64,000 bases of DNA from Patescibacteria group bacterium (GTDB taxonomy: Bacteria > Patescibacteriota > JACPGU01), in assembly GCA_022703645.1 (NCBI GenBank), contig JAKLDG010000001.1:507918-571917 (forward strand), written 5' to 3'. Position numbers and translations under genes: made by a program. This document shows, piece after piece, positions 24,690 to 34,857 of the stretch. Each line of letters opens with the position of its first letter. Position 1 is the stretch's first letter. The notes under the pieces are model-generated. The model searched no databases, was not told the origin of the DNA, and saw only the letters and a list, made by a program, of their open reading frames with translations.

Positions 24690-27341
24690 ATGTACAAACC
24701 ACAGAGAAGAATCAAACTTTTCAAAAGAAGAAGGAAACCATTCCAAGTAAATAATGCTTTCGTTTTTACTCCCGATGTGACTGATGAAGCGCAAAAAGAC
24801 TTTGAAGAAGCCAAGGAAGAATTCGACCCAGAAAAAAGACGCCGCAGATGGAAAATTGCTATATATATAGTTGCAGCTTTTTTTCTTTTTTGCGCTTCTG
24901 TTTTTGCTTGGTTTAGTAAAGATTTGCCAAACCCTTATAAAATTAATAACCGTACCGTTGCCCAATCATCAAAGATTTTGGATCGCAACGGTAAATTACT
25001 TTACGAGATTTATGGGGAAGAAAAAAGAACTCTCATTACGCCAGCTCAGATTCCTGATAATGTAAAGAAAGCGACAATCGCAATAGAAGATCAGGAGTTT
25101 TACAAACACTCCGGTTTTGATTTGAAAGGAATTGTCCGTGCCGTTTTCCGTGATATTGCTTCCAGAGATTTGCAACAGGGCGGATCAACTATTACCCAAC
25201 AATTTGTAAAAAAAGCTCTGCTTACTTCTGATAAAAGCATCACCAGAAAAATTAAGGAGTTAATCTTATCTATTGAAATTGAAAAAATTTACTCTAAAGA
25301 TGAAATCCTTACAATGTATCTCAATGAAATTCCTTATGGCAATAACGCTTATGGTATCGAAGCAGCCAGCAAAACATATTTTAATAAAGAAGCAAAAGAC
25401 CTGACTCTCGCTGAAGCTGCGACTCTCGCTGCTATTCCACAAGCGCCGACATATTATAACCCATATGGTTCAAATACCGATCTGCTTATGAAAAGAAAAG
25501 ATACCGTACTGGATAAAATGATTGAGATTCAGCTTGTTACAGATGAGCTTGCTAACCAAGCGAAAAAAGAGGATATCAAATTCGTTCAGAAAGATCAAGG
25601 AATTCTTGCGCCACATTTTGTGATGTATGTAAAAGAACAATTAGCAGAAAAATATGGCGAAGACAGACTAAATCTAGGCGGGCTTACTGTTACAACTTCG
25701 CTCGATCTTGATAAACAAAAGATCGCAGAAGATATCCTCACCAAAGATATTCCAAACTTGAAATCTGGCGGAGCTAGTAATGCCGCATTGGTATCTATGG
25801 ACCCAAAGACCGGAGAAATTTTGGCTATGGCCGGATCGGTTAATTATTTTGACACCGAAAACGATGGTAACGTCAATGTAGCTTTGCGCCCTCGTCAACC
25901 AGGCTCATCACTAAAGCCAATAATTTATACTTTGGCATTCACCCAAGGTTACTCCCCCTCCACCATGTTGATGGATGTTGAAACGGATTTTGGACAAGGA
26001 TACAAACCAAAAAACTATGATGGCGCTTTTCGCGGTCCGGTATCAATTCGTAAGTCTCTTGGAAACTCATTAAATATTCCTGCTGTAAAAACTTTGGCTC
26101 TTGTCGGTATTAAAAATGCTACTGATTTTGCACAAAAACTCGGCATTGCATCTCTCAATGATCCAAACCGCTACGGCTTGTCTCTTGTTCTTGGAGGTGG
26201 CGAAGTAAAACTTTTGGAATCCACTACTGCTTATTCGGTATTGGCAAACCAAGGAATAAAACACGACCCGCATCCAATTTTAAAAATTGTAGATTCAAAC
26301 GGCAAGACCCTTGAAGAATATAAACCAGATGAAGATAAGGGCGAAAGAGTTGTCGATGAAAATGCCACCTATCTTACTACAAATATTTTATCAGATGATT
26401 CTGCAAGAGCAGAAGTATTCGGCATGGGCGGAATTCTTACGCTTCCCGGACGACCCGTAGCAGCAAAGACTGGCACAACTGATGAATACCGAGATGCATG
26501 GACACTGGGATACACTCCATCTGTTGTTACTGGTGTTTGGGTTGGTAATAATGACAATAAAGAAATGAGTCATGCTTCAGGCGCGATGATTGCTGCGCCA
26601 ATCTGGAATAGCTACATGAAAGCAGTTTTGGCAAATACTCCTGTTGAAAAATTTGCTGTTCCTTCAGATATTATTCATGCAAACGTTGATGCTCTGACTG
26701 GACTACTGCCAATAGATACAGGCGCGGTTTCCGGTGATTCTGCAACAAAACTTCCAACAAAAGATGAGGTATTTTGGAAAAAGTTCCCAGTAAAAAACAC
26801 TGACAATGTTCATAAATTCGTCAAAGTTGTTAAAGGCGAAGATAAACTTGCTGCAAAAGATTGTCCGGAAGGGATGACTGAAAACAAAGCTTACCTGGAG
26901 TTTCATTCTGAAATGCCCGACAATCCAAACTGGGAAAACCCGGTTGTTGCCTGGGCAAAAGCTGCCGGTTATAATAATATGCCATCTGAAGAGATGAGTT
27001 GTAAAGATATTGAAAAAGAAAATCAACCCACTATAACAATACTTTCTCCAAAAAATAACGACTCAATATCAAATGGCTTGCTGGATGTTTCTATCGCATT
27101 TAAAGCTCCAAAAGATATTGATAATGTTAAATATTTTATTAATGAGGAAGAAATAGCAGAGAAGAAATCTGGTGTTGCAGGAAATTCTTTCAATCTCGAG
27201 GCTTTTGCGCTACCTACAAATCTTAAGGGAAAAGTTAAAATTAAAGTCCAACTTACAGATAAGATCGGGTTAACAGCATTTAATGAGATAGAGCTAAATA
27301 TTTTATCTTCCCTCACACTCCCTTCTCCAGCAAACCCATAA
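24690..27341 (+). CDS. Class A penicillin-binding protein 1A (bifunctional transglycosylase/transpeptidase)
   Basis: GT51 motifs (IAIEDQEFYKHSGFD; RDxxxxxLQQGGSTITQQ) and transpeptidase motifs (SSLKP = SxxK; KTGTT). An N-terminal TM anchor is present. It has a ~200-aa Ig-like C-terminal extension. Confidence 0.85.
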   Translation: MYKPQRRIKLFKRRRKPFQVNNAFVFTPDVTDEAQKDFEEAKEEFDPEKRRRRWKIAIYIVAAFFLFCASVFAWFSKDLPNPYKINNRTVAQSSKILDRNGKLLYEIYGEEKRTLITPAQIPDNVKKATIAIEDQEFYKHSGFDLKGIVRAVFRDIASRDLQQGGSTITQQFVKKALLTSDKSITRKIKELILSIEIEKIYSKDEILTMYLNEIPYGNNAYGIEAASKTYFNKEAKDLTLAEAATLAAIPQAPTYYNPYGSNTDLLMKRKDTVLDKMIEIQLVTDELANQAKKEDIKFVQKDQGILAPHFVMYVKEQLAEKYGEDRLNLGGLTVTTSLDLDKQKIAEDILTKDIPNLKSGGASNAALVSMDPKTGEILAMAGSVNYFDTENDGNVNVALRPRQPGSSLKPIIYTLAFTQGYSPSTMLMDVETDFGQGYKPKNYDGAFRGPVSIRKSLGNSLNIPAVKTLALVGIKNATDFAQKLGIASLNDPNRYGLSLVLGGGEVKLLESTTAYSVLANQGIKHDPHPILKIVDSNGKTLEEYKPDEDKGERVVDENATYLTTNILSDDSARAEVFGMGGILTLPGRPVAAKTGTTDEYRDAWTLGYTPSVVTGVWVGNNDNKEMSHASGAMIAAPIWNSYMKAVLANTPVEKFAVPSDIIHANVDALTGLLPIDTGAVSGDSATKLPTKDEVFWKKFPVKNTDNVHKFVKVVKGEDKLAAKDCPEGMTENKAYLEFHSEMPDNPNWENPVVAWAKAAGYNNMPSEEMSCKDIEKENQPTITILSPKNNDSISNGLLDVSIAFKAPKDIDNVKYFINEEEIAEKKSGVAGNSFNLEAFALPTNLKGKVKIKVQLTDKIGLTAFNEIELNILSSLTLPSPANP

Positions 27342-27380
27342 AACATTAGACAAAAAATAAAAAAACTTTATAATAAAGTC

Positions 27381-28238
27381 ATGAATTCAGAAAATCAGAA
27401 AGGTATAGCTCTCATTATTACTATTATGCTTTCAGCTATCATGCTGACTACTGTTTTTGTGGCTAGCCGTGAGATGATTGACGAAACAAGAAATTCTACA
27501 AGAATTGATAATTCATTAATCGCCTACTATGCCGCTGAGTCTGGGCTTGAAGATGCATTATTACAATACAGATACAGTAAAGATACTGAGATAAACAACC
27601 CTCCTAGATGTTGGAATATTGATGCTGATACTGCGGTCACATCTGGATGTAGTGAAACTTGGACGCCAAATTCAAGTAATTATAATAATCGTCTATATAA
27701 AGTAAAAATGTGGTATAAGGTTAGTTCTATAAATGATCCAATTATATTAAATAAAGATGATGTTTTAGAGATCTCACTACCGGCAAATAGTAGTGTAGAT
27801 TTTAAATGGTCCGATGTAAATACAATACCTTCTATTAATAGAATGGGAGTTGAAATATCGACTTATGATCTGAATGATACTACAAATATTGAAACGAAAT
27901 TTGTTGATCCGATAAATAATACTCAAGCATTTTCAGCGACTGGCTCATCAAAAATAGTCAGAATTAAACCTTGGTATATTACAGGACCTCCCAGTTCCCC
28001 AACTGGTGCAACTATGCCTACCGATGGCTCAATACCAGGAATATTAATTACAAACCCACTTGATACCAGCAAAGGAATTACCGGTACCAATTTTGGCGGA
28101 CCAACTACTTTCATTGAATCAGTTGGTTATTTTGGCGGAGTCCAAAGAAAAATAGTTGCAAACATTGATAGATCCTCAGGCCAGGTTCTAAGTATAATGG
28201 ATTTTGTTATTTACTCAGGAAGCGACCTCGTTAAATAA
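27381..28238 (+). CDS. PilX-N-like minor pseudopilin
   Basis: N-terminus QKGIALIITIMLSAIMLTTVFVASREMIDETRNSTRIDNSLIAYYAAESGLEDAL matches the PilX N-terminal domain pattern (class-III-like leader, hydrophobic helix, ...AEAG). The remainder is Thr/Asn-rich and extracellular. Confidence 0.55.
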   Translation: MNSENQKGIALIITIMLSAIMLTTVFVASREMIDETRNSTRIDNSLIAYYAAESGLEDALLQYRYSKDTEINNPPRCWNIDADTAVTSGCSETWTPNSSNYNNRLYKVKMWYKVSSINDPIILNKDDVLEISLPANSSVDFKWSDVNTIPSINRMGVEISTYDLNDTTNIETKFVDPINNTQAFSATGSSKIVRIKPWYITGPPSSPTGATMPTDGSIPGILITNPLDTSKGITGTNFGGPTTFIESVGYFGGVQRKIVANIDRSSGQVLSIMDFVIYSGSDLVK

Positions 28239-28317
28239 ATATCTATTGGAAATTGGTCATTAGATATTGGCCATTTTCTGCGACCAAAATTTTAGGAGTA
28301 AGTTCTCTTTACTACAC

Positions 28318-29472
28318 CTAAACATTCTTAATAACCTGCAACGTTTCGCGCGCGCATTTTTCCCAACTGAAATGTTTGAGCCTCTCTTTGCCTTTGCGGA
28401 TTAAAGATAGACGTCTAATGGGATTTTTAGATAATTTTATTATCGCATCAGCTATTTCCTTGGGATTTTCTGGATCGACAAAAACACATGTATTTGAAAA
28501 TAATTCTTCAAATACTGGTATCTGGCTGACTATTGCAGGAATACCAGCATAAAATGCTTCTAATACTGGCAAACCGAATCCTTCATATTTTGAAACAAAA
28601 ACTAGAGTTTGCGCGTGTTTCAATAAAATATTTTTTTCCCATTCCTTTACATAGCCGGTAATTACCACTCTATCACCAAGATTATACCTTTTTACCACCT
28701 CTTCCGCTTCATTCCAACCAAGCCCTCTTTTCCCAACTAAAACCAACTGTAAATCATGACCTGAAGATAAAACCTCGTAATAAGATTTAATCAAATTCAA
28801 AATATTTTTTTTACTTTCAAGTCTCCCGATATAAATTAAGTAAGGCTTATCTATTTTATATTTGGCTTGAACTTCTTCCCACTTCCCCTTTTCCCACTCA
28901 TCACCTGTCTCAGTAGGAGGACTGAATCCAAGATAAATTACTTCAATTTTATCCGGGTCACAGTTATAAAAAGCAATTAGGTCTTCCTTTGAAGATCGGG
29001 AGTCTGTAATAATTTTTTCTGAGAATTTTACAGCAAAATATACTGATAGATTTAAATAGAATCTTGCTATAGCTGAATAACTCGCAGGAATATATTTGAA
29101 TGCGACATCATGAATGGTAACAATCTTTTTTATTTTTTTATCAAAAAAGGAAAGTATGAAAGGGATTGAGTTTGATGGAATAAAAAACCTTTTTGGTTTA
29201 TTTTTCGAAAAAAGAAGTTCTATTGCTAACCTGATCTGTGTCCAGAAAAAAGGAAAATATATTTTTCTTAAATGAAAATTTTTTGGCAAGTCGGAAAACT
29301 CAATATCATTTGAGTTTTGAACGTAAAGTATGTATTTAGCATGTTGCAAATCTCCTTCGGAATTAGTTGACGCATCAATTTTTTTAAACCAATGTAAAAG
29401 TTGCGTAGAATAATATTCTACACCGGTTTTTTTACCAATATTTACTCTTGATGCATCAATACCTATATTCAT
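28318..29472 (-). CDS. Glycosyltransferase family 4 (GT-B fold)
   Basis: C-terminal EGFGLPVLEAFYAGIPAIVS motif typical of GT4/RfaG-like enzymes; 384 aa. Confidence 0.75.
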   Translation of the reverse strand: MNIGIDASRVNIGKKTGVEYYSTQLLHWFKKIDASTNSEGDLQHAKYILYVQNSNDIEFSDLPKNFHLRKIYFPFFWTQIRLAIELLFSKNKPKRFFIPSNSIPFILSFFDKKIKKIVTIHDVAFKYIPASYSAIARFYLNLSVYFAVKFSEKIITDSRSSKEDLIAFYNCDPDKIEVIYLGFSPPTETGDEWEKGKWEEVQAKYKIDKPYLIYIGRLESKKNILNLIKSYYEVLSSGHDLQLVLVGKRGLGWNEAEEVVKRYNLGDRVVITGYVKEWEKNILLKHAQTLVFVSKYEGFGLPVLEAFYAGIPAIVSQIPVFEELFSNTCVFVDPENPKEIADAIIKLSKNPIRRLSLIRKGKERLKHFSWEKCARETLQVIKNV

Positions 29473-29538
29473 ATTTTTTTGAAATTTAAATTTGTGATTT
29501 TGAATTTGTTTGGGATTTAGAATTTAGGATTTTATTTT

Positions 29539-30813
29539 TTAGAATCGTTCAATCTCTGCGCCAAGCGCAATCAACTTTTCTTCCAACTTCTCGTATCCTC
29601 TATCAATGTGATAAATTCTGTGTACCACCGACTCCCCTTCTGCAATCAACCCCGCAAGAACTAAAGCTGCTCCGCAACGTAGGTCCGAAGCTTGCACATC
29701 GGCTCCAATTAATTTTTCCTCTCCGTGAATTATTGCAGTTTGCCCTTTTATTTCAATTTTTGCACCAAGACGAACTAATTCAGGGACATGCATAAAACGA
29801 TCGGGGTAAATTTTTTCTGAGATATCACTAACCCCTATAATTCTACATGCCAAAACCATGAAAACCGCTTGTAAGTCAGTCGGAAATAATGGATATGGAT
29901 TTGTATCAAACGAAAAAGGTTTTAATTGACCACCACTTTTAACTTTTATAAAATCTTTTCCTATTTCAATTTTGGCACCTGAATCTTTAAGAATCTCAAG
30001 CGGATATTTTAAGTGGTCTGGAATACAATTTTTTATCACTACGTTGCTGTTGGTTAATATCGCTGCCACAACAAAAGTACCACATTCAATCCTGTCGGGG
30101 ATAACAGTGTATTCAACACCATGAAGCTTTTCAACTCCTTGAATTTTTAGTACTGAAGTACCGATTCCGGAAATATCAGCGCCCATTTTTACTAACATAT
30201 TTGCCAGATCCGTACACTCTGGCTCTTTTGCCGCACTCTCTATCACAGTTTGACCCTCAGCTAAAGTTGCCGCCATCAAAACATTATCTGTGCCTAAAAC
30301 TGAAGAACCAAATTCACTCGCCAATATCATAGAAGCGCCAATTAATTTTTCGGCCTCAGCCGTAATATAGCCGTGTTCCAATTCAACCCTCGCGCCAAGT
30401 TTTTCCATCCCTTTTATATGTAGATCTACCGGTCTTGGTCCAAATGCACAACCCCCAGGAAGAGAAACTCTGCACTTTTTATATTTTGCCAGCAGTGGGC
30501 CAAGTACAATTATCGATGCACGCATTTTTTTCACCAATTCATAAGGCGCCTCAGTCTTTATCTTTTTCCCCCGCGATATCATCATCGTACCGTTTTTAAA
30601 AGTAATATTTTTCCCAATATATTCCAAAATCTCCATTAACACCCTGACATCCATCAAATCTGGAATCCCATGCAACACAACATTCTCATCTGTTAATAAA
30701 GATGCCCCCATAAGAGGAAGAGCCGCATTCTTTGAACCTGATACTGCCACTTCTCCATTTAATTTTTTGCCGCCAGTTATTCTGAAATTATCCATATACC
30801 TATTATATAACAT
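29539..30813 (-). CDS. murA: UDP-N-acetylglucosamine 1-carboxyvinyltransferase
   Basis: MDNFRITGGKKLNGEVAVSGSKNAALPLM... and the catalytic-Cys loop (LPGGCAFGPRPVDLH). The true start may be the second Met (MDNF..., 18 nt downstream of the track start). Confidence 0.9.
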   Translation of the reverse strand: MLYNRYMDNFRITGGKKLNGEVAVSGSKNAALPLMGASLLTDENVVLHGIPDLMDVRVLMEILEYIGKNITFKNGTMMISRGKKIKTEAPYELVKKMRASIIVLGPLLAKYKKCRVSLPGGCAFGPRPVDLHIKGMEKLGARVELEHGYITAEAEKLIGASMILASEFGSSVLGTDNVLMAATLAEGQTVIESAAKEPECTDLANMLVKMGADISGIGTSVLKIQGVEKLHGVEYTVIPDRIECGTFVVAAILTNSNVVIKNCIPDHLKYPLEILKDSGAKIEIGKDFIKVKSGGQLKPFSFDTNPYPLFPTDLQAVFMVLACRIIGVSDISEKIYPDRFMHVPELVRLGAKIEIKGQTAIIHGEEKLIGADVQASDLRCGAALVLAGLIAEGESVVHRIYHIDRGYEKLEEKLIALGAEIERF

Positions 30814-30884
30814 TGTATGTAATAAAAAAAGCTAAATTCTTTGAAAAATTGGACAAAACCCCATATTACTGTTAGAATAGTACC

Positions 30885-32255
30885 ATGAAAAAGAAAAGTA
30901 AAATTCGGAAATTATTTACTGCTATAGCTTACGCGATTATCGCTATTATATTCTCAATAATTTGTTTGGGTATTATTTTTTATGCATCCGGATATAGATT
31001 TAATCCAAAATCCAAAAGAATAGAAAAAACTGGAATGCTATTAATCGATTATAAAGAAAATGGATTAAAAGTATTTCTTGATAAAAAAGAAATTACGATG
31101 CAAATGAGTAAAACTATCTCTTTGGCTTCATCAGCACGCTATGTTGCCAATGTCTTACCGGGAGAATATGACATGGAGTTAAAGGTTGATGGAAAGGCCG
31201 CTTACGATGAACATATTGTCATTCGTCCAGAATTAATCACTCAAATCAGTAACCTAGTTTTATTACCAGAAAGTATTAAGGATGAGGTTATTGCAAGTGA
31301 TAATTTTGCTGTATATAAAATTTCTCCAGATAATAAAAAGGTTGCATACCAAAAGAAAAAAGGCGCATTTGGCATTTATGATGTTGATGCGAGAAAAGAC
31401 AGCCCTTTAGATTCTTCAGTTTTCTCGAACTCAGTTGAGGAATTCAACTGGAGCCAGGATAGTAGAAAGATAATTTTAAAATACAAAGTCGAGAATATCA
31501 TGAATTATTATATTTATGATGTTTTTGATCCCTCAATATCGTTTCATTTAAAAGATAAGTTTAGCAATCTACCTGATTTTGAAAATGTATTCTTTTCTCC
31601 AAAGAATTCGAACGACTTACTCGGAATGCTCGAAAATAAATTATATAAAATAAATAGCGGCCCTTTGGATAAAAATATAGTAGAAGAAGGTATAGATTTT
31701 ATTATCCAAAGAAGCGAAAATATTTTTTATCATGAAACAAAAAATAATGTCTTAGTAGAGTTGGATACAGCTATCTATGCAAAAAATATATTACTCGAAA
31801 ATTTCAAGCCTGCACCGGATTTTGATATTTTTGTTTTAAATGGAAAAAATTTATATATAAAGAATGAGGGCAACCTATATTCTATTCGAGATAAAAATAA
31901 TCTGGATATGATAGATAAAGAAATTGATGAAGTAGTTATTTCAAATAATAAAGATGGTCTTTATTACACGCATGGTTACGAAATTTTGGATTTGAACAGC
32001 GGTAAAACCGTTCTCAGGTTCAGTAAAGTTATCTCAAATCTCAAAGAATTTTATAAAGGTCTTTATTTTATTTACCAAAGTGGAAATGATTTGAATATTA
32101 TTTCAAAAGATGGGAAAAGCGACAGACTTATAATTTCCTCAAAAAATCCATTTATTGAAATAGAAGTATTAGAAAATAATAAGATTTTAACTATTCTGCA
32201 AAATCCCCAAAATACTATAGAATTTGGAATTATAGATCTCGGGTTACAACAATAA
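30885..32255 (+). CDS. Membrane-anchored PEGA-domain / beta-propeller-like hypothetical protein
   Basis: N-terminal TM (AIAYAIIAIIFSIICLGIIFYA). It has a PEGA-like strand motif (VANVLPGEYDMELKVDGKAAYDEHIVI) and TolB-like repeats downstream (WSQDSRKIIL...). Confidence 0.45.
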   Translation: MKKKSKIRKLFTAIAYAIIAIIFSIICLGIIFYASGYRFNPKSKRIEKTGMLLIDYKENGLKVFLDKKEITMQMSKTISLASSARYVANVLPGEYDMELKVDGKAAYDEHIVIRPELITQISNLVLLPESIKDEVIASDNFAVYKISPDNKKVAYQKKKGAFGIYDVDARKDSPLDSSVFSNSVEEFNWSQDSRKIILKYKVENIMNYYIYDVFDPSISFHLKDKFSNLPDFENVFFSPKNSNDLLGMLENKLYKINSGPLDKNIVEEGIDFIIQRSENIFYHETKNNVLVELDTAIYAKNILLENFKPAPDFDIFVLNGKNLYIKNEGNLYSIRDKNNLDMIDKEIDEVVISNNKDGLYYTHGYEILDLNSGKTVLRFSKVISNLKEFYKGLYFIYQSGNDLNIISKDGKSDRLIISSKNPFIEIEVLENNKILTILQNPQNTIEFGIIDLGLQQ

Positions 32256-32271
32256 CTATTCCATTCTAAGA

Positions 32272-33060
32272 TTATCTTGTACCCATTGTTTTTAAAATAC
32301 TGTTCGAATTAGGACGCGGGTCTGTCTGTTGTGATTCTACGATCAATCTTTTATAGTTCGTACCAACTGGAGTACAAGTCATGAGAGTCAAAATATTACC
32401 ATTGCCCTGACTCAAAACAGATAAGTCATTTGGAGCAACAATTTTGATATTATTTACTATATAGGTATATCTTTTGTAATTATAGTTAACATAAACCGTG
32501 TCTCCAACAACTAGTTTGTTCAAAATACTAAATACATTACTATATGCACTCTTACTCCACCAATAATAAGAAGAATGACCGGTAATAAAAACATTCCCCT
32601 TCTCTCCTGGCATCGCGGTATCAGGGTAATGTACCACTCCTTGCGATAAAAGTTTATCAATATCAGCTGGCTGTTTTGAATCAGCAAAAAGTATCGGGGC
32701 AGAAACTCCAATTTTTGGTATTATTAATGTATTATTTGGCTCAACCTTTTCTGCTGTTTTATAAACCTTCGGCAGGTCCAGCCCCCACCAACTGCCGGAA
32801 TGATCATCAACATAATTCACATACCACCACCATTTAACATTATTCCAAAAGGCAGGACCATTAATAACCCCAAAAACAGAACTAAACACGATAATACTAA
32901 CTAAAATAAATTTTATGCTTTCCCAAAACATTCCGCTAAAAACCGCTATTTCCCTTTTGAGCCAGTACGGAATAATCCCCCTTCTTTTAGATAAAGAAAA
33001 ATCTTTTTTTGTTTCATCATTCATAGTATAATTATACAGTAAATAGGTTTCATTTTTCAA
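32272..33060 (-). CDS. Sortase-family transpeptidase
   Basis: TM anchor, His loop (NVFITGHSSYY), catalytic Cys motif TLMTCTP (TLxTC) and a downstream conserved Arg (NYKRLIV). Confidence 0.7.
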   Translation of the reverse strand: MKNETYLLYNYTMNDETKKDFSLSKRRGIIPYWLKREIAVFSGMFWESIKFILVSIIVFSSVFGVINGPAFWNNVKWWWYVNYVDDHSGSWWGLDLPKVYKTAEKVEPNNTLIIPKIGVSAPILFADSKQPADIDKLLSQGVVHYPDTAMPGEKGNVFITGHSSYYWWSKSAYSNVFSILNKLVVGDTVYVNYNYKRYTYIVNNIKIVAPNDLSVLSQGNGNILTLMTCTPVGTNYKRLIVESQQTDPRPNSNSILKTMGTR

Positions 33061-33096
33061 CTAAGTTTTCCCTTAGCTTGTTATAGCCAGTAATTT

Positions 33097-33180
33097 GGCC
33101 GAATGGCGGAACTGGCAGACGCGCACGACTCAAAATCGTGTGGTAGCAATACCATGTGGGTTCGACCCCCACTTCGGCCA
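33097..33180 (+). tRNA. tRNA-Leu (anticodon CAA), type II
   Basis: GGCCGAA-TG-GCG-GAACTGGCAGA-CGC-G-CACGA-CTCAAAA-TCGTG-[TGGTAGCAATACCATG]-GTGGG-TTCGACC-CCCAC-TTCGGCC-A. It is near-identical in architecture to E. coli tRNA-Leu, and sits immediately upstream of gpmI. Confidence 0.8.
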
Positions 33181-33212
33181 TTTCTTCGCAACTCAAAAAA
33201 ACCAAAATAAAA

Positions 33213-34841
33213 ATGTTTAATCTACTTAAGAAAAAAGAAATTCCAATAAAAGAAAAAATTAAAAAGATCCCGCGACCGGTAGCGCTGATAATTCTTGATG
33301 GTTACGGAATTTCTCCTATAAAAGAAAATAATGCTGTCTATATGGCGGAAACGCCGAATATTGATACGTATCAGAGAAAGTACCCAAAGGCTTTGCTCTA
33401 TACTGCTGGCAATGAAGTTGGACTACCCTATGGTGAATTTGGAAATTCTGAGGTTGGCCATCTTAATATCGGTTCTGGTAGAATCGTGTATCAACCTCTC
33501 TTAAGAGTATCAAACGAAATTGAAGCAGGACACCTCTATGATAATGCAGTAATGAAAAAAATAATCGCTCATTTAAAAAAGTATAAGGGAGCGCTACATT
33601 TGATGGGGTTACTTTCTGCTGGCGGCGCGCACTCTCATATTGAGCATCTTCTATCACTTCTTGAATGGTGCAAAAACGAAAAAATTAAAACAGTTTATAT
33701 TCACGTATTTACAGACGGACGCGATGCTCCCCCCCAATCTGCTCAGGAGTATATCGACAGCTTGGAAGCAAAGATTAAAGAATTGGGTATCAATGCAAAA
33801 ATAGCGAGTATTTCTGGACGTTTTTATTCAATGGACAGAAACAAAAAATGGGATCGCACAAAGAAAGCTTATGATGTTATAATTGGCAATTCCAAAGTAA
33901 AAAGTGATAGTATCCCGCAGATATTATCTGAAACTTATGGTAAAGGAAAAAGCGATGAGTTTCTTGAACCCCATAGCCTTACTGATGAAAAAGGAAATTT
34001 AATAGGTAAAGTTAATAATGGTGATGCTCTTTTATTTTTCAATATTCGCCCCGATCGTTCACGCCAGATTCTCTCCCCTTTCGTAAGCAACAGATTCAAT
34101 AGTTTTAAAATTAAAAAGTTTTCAAATCTTCATGTTGCGACTCTCACAGAATATGATCCAAAAATTAAAGCTGAAGTTGCTTTTCCCGAAAAAGAAATCG
34201 AACATCCGCTTGGCGAGATATTGTCAAAAAAAGGCTTGAAACAATTTCGAATTGCAGAAGCAGTGAAATATCCGCATGTAACATATTTTTTTAATGGAGG
34301 ACAAGAAAAACCCTTTAAAGGTGAGATTAGAAAACTTATTCCGTCAATTCCTGAATCTAGTTATACAAAAAAACCAGAGATGAGCGCTGAAAATGTTAAA
34401 GAAGAAGTTTTGAAAAGATTAGATGAAGGCAAATTTGATTTCTATTTAATTAATTTTGCAAACTCTGATATGATAGGCCATACAGGCAATCTCAAAGCAG
34501 CAATTAAGGCTATTGAATTTTTAGATCGTTGCATTGGAGAAATTGTCGAAAAAATTTTGTCAATCGGTGGCGCTATATTTATTACTGCCGATCATGGAAA
34601 TTCTGAAGAAATGGTAAACTCTCAGAGTGGTGAAAATGACACGGAACACAATATATATCCAGCTCCTTTTATGTTAATAATAAAAAGTCTTGAACATAAA
34701 AAAGAAACTAAAGATTTTAAACAAACAATCTCCGAACCCATCGGAGCGCTGGCTGATATTGCGCCAACGATACTCGATCTCATGAACATTGAAAAACCAG
34801 AGGAGATGACAGGTATATCACTACTTAATAGTCTAAAATAA
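33213..34841 (+). CDS. gpmI: 2,3-bisphosphoglycerate-independent phosphoglycerate mutase
   Basis: PVALIILDGYGISP...ETPNID...GNSEVGHLNIGSGR... are diagnostic iPGM motifs. I place the start at the internal ATG (33213), because the longer track ORF would overlap tRNA-Leu. Confidence 0.85.
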   Translation: MFNLLKKKEIPIKEKIKKIPRPVALIILDGYGISPIKENNAVYMAETPNIDTYQRKYPKALLYTAGNEVGLPYGEFGNSEVGHLNIGSGRIVYQPLLRVSNEIEAGHLYDNAVMKKIIAHLKKYKGALHLMGLLSAGGAHSHIEHLLSLLEWCKNEKIKTVYIHVFTDGRDAPPQSAQEYIDSLEAKIKELGINAKIASISGRFYSMDRNKKWDRTKKAYDVIIGNSKVKSDSIPQILSETYGKGKSDEFLEPHSLTDEKGNLIGKVNNGDALLFFNIRPDRSRQILSPFVSNRFNSFKIKKFSNLHVATLTEYDPKIKAEVAFPEKEIEHPLGEILSKKGLKQFRIAEAVKYPHVTYFFNGGQEKPFKGEIRKLIPSIPESSYTKKPEMSAENVKEEVLKRLDEGKFDFYLINFANSDMIGHTGNLKAAIKAIEFLDRCIGEIVEKILSIGGAIFITADHGNSEEMVNSQSGENDTEHNIYPAPFMLIIKSLEHKKETKDFKQTISEPIGALADIAPTILDLMNIEKPEEMTGISLLNSLK

Positions 34842-34857
34842 TTTTTAAAAAATAATT

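Noticed and set aside
33156-33212. Long gpmI ORF start overlapping tRNA-Leu
   Set aside because: It would be translated through the tRNA gene. The internal Met (MFNLLKKKEIPIK...) at 33213 gives a normal iPGM N-terminus.
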